From Octopus sinensis (taxonomy: Eukaryota), in the NCBI RefSeq assembly GCF_006345805.1, contig NC_043003.1:21018001-21082000 (forward strand): DNA of 64,000 bases. The letters run 5' to 3'. The notes beneath the pieces were generated by a model that was given only the letters and a program-made list of their open reading frames with translations, was not told the origin of the DNA and made no database searches. Positions 9,867-23,022 of this stretch are shown here, piece by piece. Position numbers and translations under genes: made by a program. Every line of letters begins with the position of its first letter. Position 1 is the first letter of the stretch.

Positions 9867-12800
9867 AACTTACTTGGAAAAGGATGCATGGCATTTGATC
9901 ATCATCATCATCATCATCATCGTTTAACGTCCGTTCTCCATGCTAGCATGGGTTGGACGGTTCGACCGGGGATCTGGGAAGCCAGAAGGCTGCACCAGGC
10001 TCCAGTCTAATCTGGCAATGTTTCTACAGCTGGATGTCCTTCCTAACGCCAACCACTCCGTGAGTGTAGGGCGCTTTTTACGTGCCACCTGCACAGGTGC
10101 CAGGCGAGGCTGACGTGCCACCTGCACAGGTGCCAGGCGAGGCTGGCAATGGCCACGGTCGGATTGGTGTATTTTATGTGCCACCGGCACGGAAGCCAGC
10201 CGAGGCGGTGCTGGCATCGGCCATGAGTCGGATAGTACTTTTACGTACCACCAGACCAGGGATCCTGGCTGGTTCAATTCGATTTCGATTTCGATTTCGC
10301 TTGCCCCAACATGTCTTCACAAGCAAAGGGGGTTGGCATGGGTGCCTGTCGTACGGTCGGATTGGAGTATTTTACGTGCCACCGGCACGGAAGCCAGTCG
10401 AAGCGGCGCTGGCATCGGCCACGAGTCGGATAGTGCTTTTTACGTACCACCAGACCAGGGATCCTGGCTGGTTCAATTCGGTTTCGATTTCGCTTGCCCC
10501 AGAGGGGGTTGGCATGGGTGTCTGTCGTCGGATGAGGTTCTATATCGACTTCGCTTGCCTCAACAGGTCTTTGTGTCCAAGGAGGAAAGGCATTCATAAG
10601 TGGGCTGGGCTCACTTGTCCTGCCTGGTCTTCTCACGTACAGAATATTTCCAAAGGTCTCGGTCGCTGGTCATTTCCTCAGTGAGGCCTAAAGTTCGAAG
10701 GTCGTGCTTCACCACCTCGTCCCAGTTTTCCTGGGTCTACCTCTTCCACGGGTTCCCTCAACTGCTAGGGATTGGCACTTTCTCACACACCTATCTTCAT
10801 CCATTCTCGCCACATGACCATACCAGCGCAATCGTCTCTCTTGCACACCACAACTGATGCTTCTTAGGTACAACATTTCTCTCAAGGTGCTAACGCTCTG
10901 TCGAGTATGTATACTGACATTACACATCCATCGGAGCATACTGGCTTCATTCCCACGAGCTTACGCATGTCCTCGGCAGTCACGGCCCATGTTTCACTGC
11001 CATGTAGCATGGCTGTTCGTACACACGCATCATACAGTCTGCCTTTTACTCTGAGCGAGAGGCCTTTAGTCACCAGCAGAGGTAAGAGCTCCCTAAACTT
11101 TGCCCAGGCTATTCTTATTCTAGCAGTTACACTTTCAGCGCACCCACCCCCACTACTGACTTGGTCACCTAGATAACGGAAGCTATCAACTACTTCTAGT
11201 TTTTCCCCATGGAAAGTGACGGAAGTTGTTTTTCTGCAGATTTTCGGAGGTTAATGCTCCCGAGCATCTGCCACATACCAAAACTATCCTCCCAGTTAGC
11301 CTACCTTTGACATTGCTGCACCTCTTATGTGTCCATAGCTTACACTGGGTACATCTTATAGAGTTTCTACCTACACCTTTTCTACAGATCGAGCAGGGCC
11401 ATCTTCCTGAAGACATTTGTGGATTGTCTACCTTCCTACTTATTAGTACTTTGGTTTTAGCTAGGTTGACTCTAAGCCCCTCGATTCTAAACCCTCCTTC
11501 CACACCTGGAACTTCTCCTCCAGTTCTGATAGTGACTCAGCAATAAGAGCAAGGTCGTCAGCGTAGAGGAGCTCCCAGGGTCAGCCTGTCTTGAATTCCT
11601 CATATAATAATATAAATAATATATAGATATATGCATATATATATACATATATGTACATACTTACATATATATGTATAGATACATGCATATATGGGTACAG
11701 GACATAAAAAAAAACGTTGAACACAATAAAAAATGAAAACATAGAAAATGAACTTTTTTCAAACAACGAAAAAATAAACAGAGAAACGAGACATACAACA
11801 TAAAGAACATTCCCCTTCATCAGTTGTCCCTGTTTCATCTACTCTGCGTTTCGAAGGCAAGGACAATACGAGACTTCATTGAAACAGTCCTGCACAAAGC
11901 AAATTAAATAAAATGGGATTTTTTATGGAGGGTGAAAGTGGTAACAAGAACAGGACAGTGAGAACAAAACACTAAAAACAAACGGTGAGAGCTGTTAAGC
12001 TAAGATGATAGAAAAAATTATTATGAACGCTAGGAGGACGAGCTATGAGAGGAGGCAGGTATAAGCATGTGTTGTCTTTAGGAAGGAAATGAGCAGAAAG
12101 ATAGATTCCCGTATGTATATATCTTCTCTGATACAGTATGCATTGAAGTTTTATGATTATATGCCCATAGCAGTTCTCCCTAAAGAGCTACAGATGGTTA
12201 AATCATTGGTTGATTAATTAATTAGTATATTAAATCGTTAAGGACAAAACTTCAAGGTACAGGAACGACAATTCTCTTTTTGAATTCTCTCAAATTGTCC
12301 AGCCCACCTACATTCAACATGCTAAAATTAGAATAGTTTTTTGCGGTTGGGATTTAACTCCTATTTCTAGCATGTTGAGAAACCACTTAGTGGCTTTTCC
12401 TTTCATGTATAATTTTTATACTCACATATAAGCTGGTAGAATATTTGGGCTGGATATGGCTGGTTTAAATACTAATGGCTGCAATTGCTAAAGAATGCTA
12501 GACCGTAGGATCTTCATATGTGAACCAGAAGTGGTAGAAGAAAAAAACAGTGTGACAAGCTACAAGGATTAGAAAGAAGAAGATTTCCAGTTGGTAAAGC
12601 TGGGAGTCATGCAATGAAGAGTGGTCTTAGGTAGTTTAAATTATTTAGATTTTATAAGATATAAAAAAAAAATTTTTTAATATTTCAATATTTTTCTCTC
12701 TGTTTTTAATTCCAGGAAAACTCAAGACATATATAAATTGGTTGCTGAAAAAGAAGTGAGTCTCTTTAAAATAGTTTTTCTTTCAGTTTATGTCTAACAG

Positions 12801-15800
12801 AATTAGTTCAAGTTCACATTTTTGATTATGTCGTAGTTGGAAACCCATTTTGTCAACAATAATATTGCAAAAATTAATAGAGTAAACTCCACACACACAC
12901 ACATATATACATAATATACTCGTCTAACATTATTATTCTGAAGTATACGTATACTGAGTGGTACACCTGGTTATTAGTCTTGCTCTGCCTAAGCAAAACA
13001 TTAAAATATACAATACATACATATATATAACATATATATACATATATATATACATATATACACTTGCGTCGGAAATTAATTAGCACTTCTCAAATTTCTA
13101 CATTTTCTTACATTTTCTTAATTTAACTTATTATCAGAAACGAACTCGTTTTTAATCAAAAATTTATTAAAACATATCCCAGCACACCACATAATTGTTA
13201 TTAATCGTGAAATTTAGTCAATATCTTGTTGCTCCTCCTTTGGCAGCAATGACAGCTGCTACGCGGGTCGGCATGCTGTCTATGAGTGCCTGCAGGTACT
13301 GTGCAGGGATGCCCCCCCCCCATGCAGCAAGAAGTGCCCCAAACAGCTTGTGTCGGTTCCTGTATTGTTGCACATTCAAATCCCTACCCAATCGACTCCA
13401 GAGGTTCTCAATAGGGTTCAGGTCAGGTGACTGGCCAGGCCAGTCCATGACCGTCACCCCATAGTCCTTGAAGAAACCGGTTGTGAGCTTGGCTGTGTGG
13501 GAAGGCGCGTTGTCCTGCTGGAGCAGTACTCCTTGCCACCAAAGAAGTATCCCATACTATCTCAACGTACTTTGCTGCGTTGATGTTGCCTTCGACGGCA
13601 TAGAGCTGCCCAACACCACTGTAGCTGAACGCCCCTCACACCATCAGACCACCCCCACCTTACTTCATGGTGGGAGCAATGCAGTCTTTGTTGAAGCGCT
13701 CACCCCTGCGGCGTCGCACATGGACAGGCTTGTTACTGACGAGACTGAATCGCGACTCGTCAGTGAACGTCACTGTCCGCCACCACTGCTGCACGGTCCA
13801 TGTCTTGTGGGCACGGGCCCAGAGCAGCCGCCTCTTCCGGTTTTGGGCTGTAAGGAGCGGCTTACGGGTGGCCCTACAGGATTTTAGACCAGCTTCCAGT
13901 AATCTGGTCTTGACGGTGGTTGTAGACAACTGCTTCCCTGTCATCTTTTGTATCTCCTCCGCCAGTTGCCGGCTCGTTACCCTTCGGTTGTACAGTGACT
14001 TTCAGATCAGCATCCGGTCCTCCGCTGGGTCGTCAGCCTCTTCCGTCCCCTACCCTTTTTGTCAGCTGCTGATCCGGTTTCCTCGTATTTCTTAAATAAG
14101 CACTGAATTGTGCGCCTGGCTACACCAAGTTTTCTGGCTATTGCAACCTCCGACAGCTTCCCACGCCACGAGAGAGCCTTGTACCGTCTCTCCAAGGTCA
14201 TGCGAGGTCTTGGGCCCATCTAGGAATGAACGATAAAAACCAGTTATTTTCATTAAAACTATTCATTTGAATAATGTTATGCTATAACAAAACTGCTATG
14301 AGTTATTATTCATTAAACAAAAAAGAAAGAAAGCAGAATTTCTCACCTTATTTGATGTATAACAGAAAGTTTTGCGAACCGGAAGTGACGTCACCAAGCA
14401 GAGTGTAGGAGAATTTGTGAGGAAAAAAATCTTGCAAATACACAAATCAATTAACCTACAAGCTGTTCAAAACGTCTTACGCGATGAGAAAACTTAGTAT
14501 GGTGTGATTTCGGTCCTTGCGAGGCGCTACCTATATCTATCAAACAAAGGAAGATTTGTCTGCATCCGCACTCCAAGTTGTTGTTGCACTGCTATGTCAA
14601 CATCATTAGGCTGTAGACTCTCAAACTGCTCTGCAAACAAAGTTACGTCATCGTTCTGCACAACAGTGAACTCGCAACAAAGCAATAGTTCGAGATATGG
14701 CCACTAGGTGACAGCAAATACCTTGAGTGAAGAGCAAATCAAGGGTGCTAATTAATTTCTGACGGTAGTGTATATATATATCAGTGGTGTCTCCCACAGG
14801 CTGTTCAGCCTTAGCCCGAGTATAAATTTAGGAAAGTGAACATGTATTTGCAGCCCATAACTCAGGCTCCTTTTATTGATCCTGGTTGCAGTTCATTTAT
14901 TTTCATTCAGTGTCTGGTGATTGCCCTATGTCAAAAAATATCATTCGTAACAGACTTTCCCTCGACGTAGTTCATACATGCCTGACTCGGGCTCAGAAGT
15001 TACAAGCCCAAGTTGTTAGCTATAATCCTAAAAATTAAAAGTGTTTGAAGTCAAAGTTTTCTTGAAACAATAAATTTCTATAGAGATTAGGATTTAAATT
15101 CCGATCTACGAAAATTTTCCGTTCTACAATATTGTTAAAGGAACGGAAAATTATCCAGCAACTCAGGCTAATACAAAGGAGCTTGGTAGGTGTGAAAGAC
15201 TAACTGGTATCTCTTGTCAAGAGTACAGGCAACAGTCAGATCGCTGCTATTTGTTGTGCATTCTGCTGTTGTTATTCTGTGCATCTGTGTGCAAAGATCA
15301 GTTGTGTTTTGCAGGGTTGCCTTATTTTTACCCCTAACTTAGAAATGGAAAAAAACATAGGGATAGATATAAAAACATAAGCCATTGGGGCTAGAAATAT
15401 TGTGGAAAAACATGAAATCTTCGAGCAGGCTTGTGTCTTATGCAAAATCTGTGATGAGCCCAAGTGACGCTGATGGCATGGAATCGCCTCTGATATATAT
15501 ATATATAGTCACCATGATAGATTGGTAGCCACTACACACATTTTTTTTCTCTCCTTGTTTTTTTTCTGTGTCCCTTTCTGTAGAAGAGCGTAGGCTCGAA
15601 ATGTAAAAGACTTTCAATTTCTGAGCGTTATACTAATACATCTGTTTGTTTTCTACACCACCTGTCTTCGTCTTTTGGTTTTTTCATGAACTCTCCCTAT
15701 ATATATATCTTTATATTTATATTAGAAGAAATAAGGTACTCAGAAATCTGGATGGTTGTACATTTACAGATTTTTATTAATATGTCACATGTTTTTATAA

Positions 15801-17795
15801 ATCATATTTTAGCACTTGCATCTACTCTAGTAGAATCTCCAGAATAGATTCTGGAGTAGATGCAAGCGCTAATATATGATTTATAAAAACATGTGACATA
15901 TTAATAAAATCTGTAAATATAAAACCATCCAGATTTCTGAGTACCTTATTCTTTTTAATATATAATACCTGTACATCACCTCCAAACCTTCTAATATATA
16001 TATATATATATATAAATATGAATTAGAGATAAAACCACTATTATGCAACTCAAACAGTGATAGACATAAACCAATACATAAATAACAAATAACATATATA
16101 TATAATATTTTTTTTTATTAACTTATAACTAGATCTCAAAAAGTATAAATGAATGATAAATATATAATATAAGTAAAAACACTATGTACGTTTCATGGCT
16201 CCAATTAAATTCATCATCATCATAATCACCACCAACACCCTTTCCTCCTCCTCCTCCTCCTCCTCCTTCTTCTTCTTCTTCGTCTTCTTCCTCCTCCCCT
16301 CCCCTTTCCCTCCTCTTCCTCCTCCTTCATACTACCACAGCCACTGCCTGTAGCAGCAGCTTGTACCATTAAAGTAAATCACTTAGAACAAACAAGTTTG
16401 TCCTTTAAGAATTAAAACCTTTATTTATCGTTGGCTGTAGTCTTTATTTATTTACTCTTTTTATGTCACTTATTATTAGCCCTTCTCTTTTGTTTCAGAA
16501 ATACGATAAAGAATTTGCTGATGCTATGCAAAAAGATAAATTGGATGCTCTCATCTGCCCTGTCATGTCTTCAACATCACTTCTGATAAAGTGTCCAAAC
16601 TTTGGAAGTAAGTCCATAACACTTTAAATTAATCTAAATTGAACATTTAAAAAGTAAACTTCCAGTAACCTGATAAGGTCAAGAACATTATCTGTAAAAA
16701 CACTGGTATGCGCTGTGTAGTAATAGTGGTCTCTTGCCAACTCTGTGATATTGGGTTCAATCCCACTGTGTGGCATCCTCAGCAGATGTTTTCTGCTATG
16801 GCTCCAGACTGACCAAAGGATTGTAATGGTGAATGGAAGCCTGTTGTATACACACACACACGCATGCATGTGAGCGTATATATACGTGTCTGTCTCCTTC
16901 AAGTGTCTTTCTGCACATAATCCATGCCCTCCACATATCTACCATACCCACCTCCCAGCCACTCCAATTCCTCCCACACCATCTCTTGCTATCTCTAAAA
17001 CACCTCCCCTCACACACTTAAGGAACATCCCCTCTATCCACTCTGTACTACTTATACTCCCTACACTGTTCCCTATGGGTAAGGCCTCTGTCTCTCGCTC
17101 TGACTGTCTCTCTATTCTTTTTCTCTAACTTTCACCCACCTTCTTCTCCTTAATTGTCCTACTGGAGTAGCCAAGTAGTGGAGACACATGGTTTAGTGGT
17201 TGTGGTGTTGGATTCATGATCATAAGATTGTGGTTTCAATTCCTGGACCAGGTGACGCGTTGTGTTCTTGAGTAAAACACTTCATTCCACTTTGCTCCAG
17301 TCCACTCAGCTGGCAAAAATGAGTAATCCTGGTGTCCCATCCAGGTGGGAATTTATATGCTGCAGAAACCGGAAACATGCTGTTATGAGTCAGCAGGACA
17401 CAAAAATGTAACCTTACCTTTTTTTAGGGGTGGCCACAGCTATCCCTGTCCCTCTATCATACTCTAACTTCTCACCTGACACACAGCCACTTCTGTCAGT
17501 TTCACTCCCTCTCTCAGCTGAGAGGTTTTTGTCTTGCAAGCTACTTGGCAACCCTGTGGTGCTTGTGCTATGTAAAAAGTACCTGTGCTGGTTCCACGCA
17601 AAAAGAACCCATCTTGGTGCTACATAAAAAAGCACCCATGCTGGTGCCATGTAAAAAGCACCCAGTACACTCTGTAAAGTGGCTGACATTAGGGAGGACA
17701 TCCAGCCATAAGCACCACACCAAAACAGAGAATTGGATCCTGGTACAGCTTTCCAGATTGCCAGCTTCATATAATATATCATACAAGGATGCACA

Positions 17796-17837
<42 letters not shown>

Positions 17838-20800
17838 CACGCAAATATTCTAGTCAATTTTTTATCAGTTAGCAGATATTAGCATTGAGCAGCAAACAGT
17901 TTTGTTCACTGAAATATAAAACAGAGTCAGTAGCTTCTCTCTTGGCTCAAATATCTGGGTACATCAGACATACAAAAACCATGTTGAAACATGGGTGTTC
18001 TAGAGTTCCAAAGCACCAATGAGCTAAGTGTGTTACGAGCACATTGTTGTCACATAAAGAAGTTGTTATCCTGTCTTGTACACAACTGTGACCTGCCTCG
18101 ACAAATTCTGTCTGACCCATGCAAACATGGAAAAGTGGACATTAAACACCATTACTACCACCAATGATGACAACAGATTAGTTGTCAAAGAATGACCTTC
18201 TGCATCACATTATCATCAGGATTTCATATCTGTTTTCTATGCTGGCATGGGTTAGAAGGTTTAGCTAGAGCTGGTAAGCCAGAGAGCTGCACCAGGCTCC
18301 AGTCTGTCTTGGCTGGGTTTCTATGGCTGGATGCCCTCCCTACTACCAACCATTCTACAGAGTGCACAGTTGTCTTTTACATATCACCAGTACAGGTACC
18401 TTTTACATATCATTGGCACCAATACCTTTTATGTGCCATCAACATGGCTGCCTTTTATCTGTCACTAGGACTGGCCACAACCACAATTTCACTTTAACTC
18501 ATCAAGCTAAGTATCTTACTTGTATAAAATACATCTTAAGATATATCTCTGAAGTCTTGGATGAGTGAATTAAGTGAATGGAGCATGCATCAGTGTTGAC
18601 CATAAGTATTCTAGTTATTTTATTAATGGAATTGTCTATTTTCATATGTGGTTGAGTATTCCGCAGATACTCATACCCTTAATGTCATTATCATGCAAAC
18701 ACTAAGTCATAGGATGGCCGTTTGATTTATAGATGTGAGGCCTAGTAGCTAAGGTGTTGCGTTCATGGTTGCCAGGATGTGGTTTCGATTCCTGGATCAG
18801 GTGGTGTATTGTATTCCTGAGCAAAAACATTTCATTTCATGTTGCTATTCTTTGCGATCACTTTCACATAAGATGTGCAGCACACCATGTATATGTATAG
18901 GCAACGTTGATTTGATGAAAGTAGTGAATTAATGTAAAGCAGAAATATTTAATTACTACAAATGAACCATTTGTGCAGGTTGTCCAACAAATAAGTTGCA
19001 AAACCTTTATCTGTCATTTACCACAGGAGAGTCAGTCTACTGTGGTTTATCCAATAGATTTCCTGTACAAAAGTGGAGATTGTCATAACTGGAATTTATT
19101 CGATTATTGGTTTGCTTGATGAATACTAACTTGATGTGGCAAGCTGGCAGAAACATAACACACCGGGTGAAATGCTTACTGGTTTTTTGTCTGCCACTAT
19201 GTTCTGAGTTCAAATTCTGCCAAGGTCAACTTTGCCTTTCATCCTTTCGGGATCGATAAATTAAGTACCAGTTACGCACTGTGGTCGATGTAATCAACTT
19301 AATCCCTGTGTCTGTCCTTGTTTGTCCCCTCTATGTTTAGCCCCTTGTGGGTAATAAAGAAAAAACTAACTTGATGCCAAACAACAAGAAAAGAATTCTC
19401 TAACACATCAGTGAATATGGGAACTTCTACATGATTGCTAGATCTTCTAGAAATTGCAGTAAATTCTTCCTCAATCATGTCCTTGCGTCATAAAATGGAG
19501 TCGTAGATGTAAAAATGATGGGACAGCCATGCTAGAATTATTGATTATAGGATTTCTCTCAATAGGAGATGATTTGGAGTTAAAACAACAACAACAATCC
19601 TTTTACTATCGTTTTAATTCCGATGTTTTTCTTTGCAGGGTTTCCAAGCTATTCTCTGCTCTATAATCTACTGAACTACCCTGGTGTGTCAATGCCTATT
19701 ACCAAGGTAACAGAAGAAGATGTAAAGGCAACTTATAAAGCTAGATCATTGACTGAATATTTGGTGAAAAGGTTGGGCATTTTTGTTTTATATCATTCCT
19801 TTAGTTTGTGATCAATAACATCTTTGGTTATAGGTTTCCAACTAGTGGAATAGCACATATACATACTGACACATATCACATACAACTATAAAATGTAACT
19901 TGATATTTTGAAAAAAATTGTGTCAATATGTATGTGTGGAGGCATGTGACTTAGTGATTAGGGTGTCAGCACCATGATCATAAGATTGTGGTTTTGATTC
20001 CTGGACCAGGTGATGCGTTGTGTTCTTGAGCAAAACACTTCATTTAAAGTTGCTCCAGTCCACTCAGCTGGCGAAAATGAGTAACACTGCAATGGACTGG
20101 TGTCCCGTCCAGCTGGGGAACACATATGCCATTGAACCAGGAAACCGGGCCCATGAGCCTGGCTAGGCTTTAAAAGGGTGCATTTATTTATTTATTATGT
20201 ATGTGTACATGCTCACCATTTTGATTTTCACATCAAATTCTGATATAGTTACAATTTACACACTCTGGAAAGAATTTATAGAAATTTTCATTAAAAATAC
20301 CCCATTTCCCTGAAAATTACATGAAGGCAAAGGTAACTTTTTTGAAGTTTCTGAAACTCCTATCCCCACTCTCCTGAATCTATACCATCTGAAGCATATT
20401 TGTAGAAAATTTCATTAAAAGATATCCATTCTTCTGGAGGTTATGAAGAAACAAAGTCAGCGGGGCACATTTGAGTATGTTTACCCAGTGCTTTAACATA
20501 AGTAATACCAAGATCACATTGTTATTAGATATCTAATATTGGCTTGCATCACTTCACTTTCATTTTGTATGTAGCACTATTTAATTATATAACTGCATGT
20601 TATATATAAACAAACTATATACTTCTTTCGATTGATTTGCATCAAAAGGGTGAAAATAATGTCAATGAGATGGGCCCAATTTTTTACTACACATAAAAGT
20701 AGATAGAATAACAATATTTATGATGATATTATGTTTCACAACAAATACTAACTATATTACAAATGCATTAAAGTGTATATTTTTATATATGTATGTGTAA

Positions 20801-20915
20801 ATATATATATATATATATAAATTAGAAATGGAAACTAAAACAATAAATTGAACAATTAAATATTCTTCAGATATCTAATATCCCTTAGGTGGTTATTTAA
20901 CACCTAGCTAAATTG

Positions 20916-20973
<58 letters not shown>

Positions 20974-22277
20974 AGAAAATGGAGAAACAAATTCAATTCG
21001 TTCATCAACTTACGGATATTACAATTTTACATTCGAGTTGAATTTGTTTCTCCATTTTCTTATTTGTATTATAAATTTACGGTATATATGTGTGTGTGTA
21101 TGTATTTAGGTAGGTAGGTGGGCGGGTAGGTAGGTAAGTAGGTAGTAGGTAGGTAGGTAGGCAGGTAGGTAGGTAGGTAGGTTGGTAGGTAGGTAAGTAG
21201 GTAGGTAGGTAGGTAGGTAGGTAGGTAGGTAGGTAGGTTGGTAGGTAGGTTGGTAGGTAGGTAGGTAGGTATGTAGGTAGGTAGGTAGGTAGGTAGGTGG
21301 GCAGGCATGCAGGTAGGCAGGCATGCATGCATGTATGGCTAGTCTATGGGATTACCCTGGGTTTCATGTACCAGAAAATGCTTAGCTTTACAGCATTTCT
21401 CCAGGCCCCAAAATGCATATGTATGTGTGTGTATGCGTTTGTGACTATTTGTCCTCCACCACTGCTTGGCAACCATTGTTAGTACATTTACATTAAGCAG
21501 TTCAGTTAGTACATTTTATTAAGCAGTTCAGCTAAAGAGATGGAAGGAATAAGTCCCATGCTTAAAAGGAAAATAAATACTAGAGTCAATTTGTCCAAGG
21601 CAGTGCCCCAGCATGACCGCAGTCTAATAACTGAAACAAATGGAAAAAGAAAATAGTTACAGGGAAAGGTATACTCTAAAGATAAGATTAATAACCTGGG
21701 AAATTACATAATCTTAATTCATTCTTATGTATTCGCAGTCACATTAAATTAATATTTAGTTATTTTCTATAAGTAGATAAGTAAAGTTATATGTCTTATT
21801 CAGCTCAGACATACACCAGCCGTCCAAGAATTTGGACCTGGAGATCTCCATTTTCAGCGACTTCGAGGGCCACCTCCCAGTGGTGTCAGGCATCAACAAA
21901 GTGCCCTCGACTACAACAAGACGACCAAAGTTTTTTTTTTCCTTCCAAGGTCTGGGGTCTCCCGTCCCTAAGCCCTAGACCATCATCTAATCACCCTTAC
22001 CCATCTTGTTGCTTAACAACAACGACGACATACACCAAGGTTTAAATTTATGCCATTGTGAACTGGAGTTCAATGAAATCATCTTAAACTTTACTCACAT
22101 GAATTCTTCCACAGCTTTTATAAACATTCTAAATATATGTCTTGTTTCTTTGCAGTCAATTCCAGGCAGCGTTGGTCTTCCAGTCAACGTCCAAATTATG
22201 GTTCCTACATATAAGGATGAGCTGCATTACGCATCATGAAAGAACTGGATAGTGAACTGAAGAAGAAAAGTGGATAG
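7208..22277 (+). CDS. FAAH: FAAH-like amidase gene, copy B (3' six exons; 5' part lost at the assembly gap)
   Basis: Exons 7208-7295, 9452-9495, 12716-12755, 16499-16607, 19639-19771 and 22156-22277 mirror copy C exon for exon. There are two 1-nt deficits, at ~19770 and ~22222. Confidence 0.85.
9452..9495 (+). CDS. FAAH: FAAH copy B exon (44 nt)
   Basis: ttgccag / gtgagt. Encodes [14 protein letters not shown](R). Confidence 0.78.
9900..11601 (-). mobile_element. RTE-clade LINE, 5'-truncated, with 3' UTR and (GAT)n tail
   Basis: RT C-terminal peptides ([14 protein letters not shown]-like Cys cluster, [20 protein letters not shown]), a subrepeated 3' UTR and a (cat)n tract at ~9900. Confidence 0.92.
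12716..12755 (+). CDS. FAAH: FAAH copy B exon (40 nt)
   Basis: aattccag / gtgagt. Encodes [13 protein letters not shown]. Confidence 0.8.
13061..14770 (-). mobile_element. Tc1/mariner DNA transposon (DD34E), full length, transposase pseudogenised
   Basis: 26-bp TIRs (cacttgcgtcggaaattaattagcac / RC cactaccgtcagaaattaattagcac) flanked by TA. Transposase pieces 14219-13218 show an N-terminal HTH, FTDESRF, and QQDNAPSH...[12 protein letters not shown] with 34 residues between D and E. Several frameshifts and stops. Confidence 0.95.
15573..15610 (+). ncRNA. Hammerhead variant (A6U core), second copy of the same family
   Basis: CCUUU-CUGUAGA-A-GAGC guag GCUC-GAAA-U GUA/AAAGA. The surrounding 15505-15700 resembles 36470-36660. 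Confidence 0.5.
15719..15961. repeat. Fold-back (~110-bp arms, roughly 90% identical)
   Basis: 15719-15830 versus 15851-15961, between TA-rich tracts. Confidence 0.9.
16499..16607 (+). CDS. FAAH: FAAH copy B exon (109 nt)
   Basis: gtttcag / gtaagt. Encodes [36 protein letters not shown]. Confidence 0.87.
19140..19362 (+). mobile_element. tRNA-derived SINE family 2; other copies ~4850-5050, 5112-5275, 5595-5805, 25088-25290, 25478-25670, 42412-42622, 8330-8520(-), 37660-37880(-), 44135-44335(-), 52790-52935(-)
   Basis: Recurrent gagctggcagaa...ttctgagttcaaatt...gactttgcctttcatcc...aagtaccagtt unit. Confidence 0.78.
19639..19771 (+). CDS. FAAH: FAAH copy B exon (133 nt, one base short of the paralog)
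   Basis: tttgcag / gttggg. Encodes [43 protein letters not shown]. The A-run before the donor is one base shorter than the phase requires. Confidence 0.85.
22156..22277 (+). CDS. FAAH: FAAH copy B terminal exon (122 nt, apparent 1-nt deletion)
   Basis: Matches 1814-1936 except gagctgca versus gagcttgca at ~22222. Confidence 0.82.
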
Positions 22278-22984
22278 TGTGTGTAACCACTTTATTTCAT
22301 CTTGCCCCGGTGATACATATTGACCATTACTGCATGGATTCCACTTGAGAATAAAATTGATTCAATACTACAGAATATTTATTATTATTACTACTATTAT
22401 TATTATTATTATTATTATTGAGTGAGAGAGCAGTTCATGCCATCAAAGTGACACTGGGGTAAAATATACGACGCCCAATATACCCATCATGACTACCCGT
22501 CTGATAAAGGTACACCAGGCACATGCATCACAACCGTATGTGCGCGACATGGTGATCTCATATCAAGATAAACAGCACATGACCTTGCAGGTGGGGCCCA
22601 GTTAGAATTTTCTTCAGGTTGAGTAGCCCATCCCGCTCAAACGGTCCCTAAATAAGGGTTGTTTAAGGATGTTGAAAGAACCACCCATGTTTCCACAGGT
22701 GAATTATTCAAACCCCAAAGAATCCCTCTCAATACATGGCTATGATGCTCCCCCACTACTTCTGCTCGTGATCAGAGATGCACATATCGTCAGCCACTAA
22801 GGGACATGCTCAACTGGTTAAGGTCAAACAACTGACAAGCAAATCTGTGGTATTGAGCAGAATATTTGCTGTAGCCCATCTTTTATACCAAGACAAAACA
22901 ATGTACATGATAACACTTCCAATCAGTTAAGATCAGAAGCCATGAGAGCCACTGCCTGGTACTGCATCAGGGCATTTATTATTA

Positions 22985-23019
<35 letters not shown>

Positions 23020-23022
<3 letters not shown>

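Noticed and set aside
10080-10520. Repeat-spacer-like pattern (recurring gtgccacc motifs) resembling a CRISPR array
   Set aside because: Eukaryotic context, irregular spacing, homologous spacers, no cas genes; it is the modular RTE 3' UTR.
11800-11900. CTGATGA and CGAAAC on the minus strand; also CTGATGA in the loop of the 5900-6183 hairpin
   Set aside because: I could not build a consistent three-stem hammerhead fold.
14781-15480. cagtggtgtc start resembling a hAT terminus, and a short CxxC peptide near 15450
   Set aside because: No matching opposite TIR, 8-bp TSD or transposase motif found.
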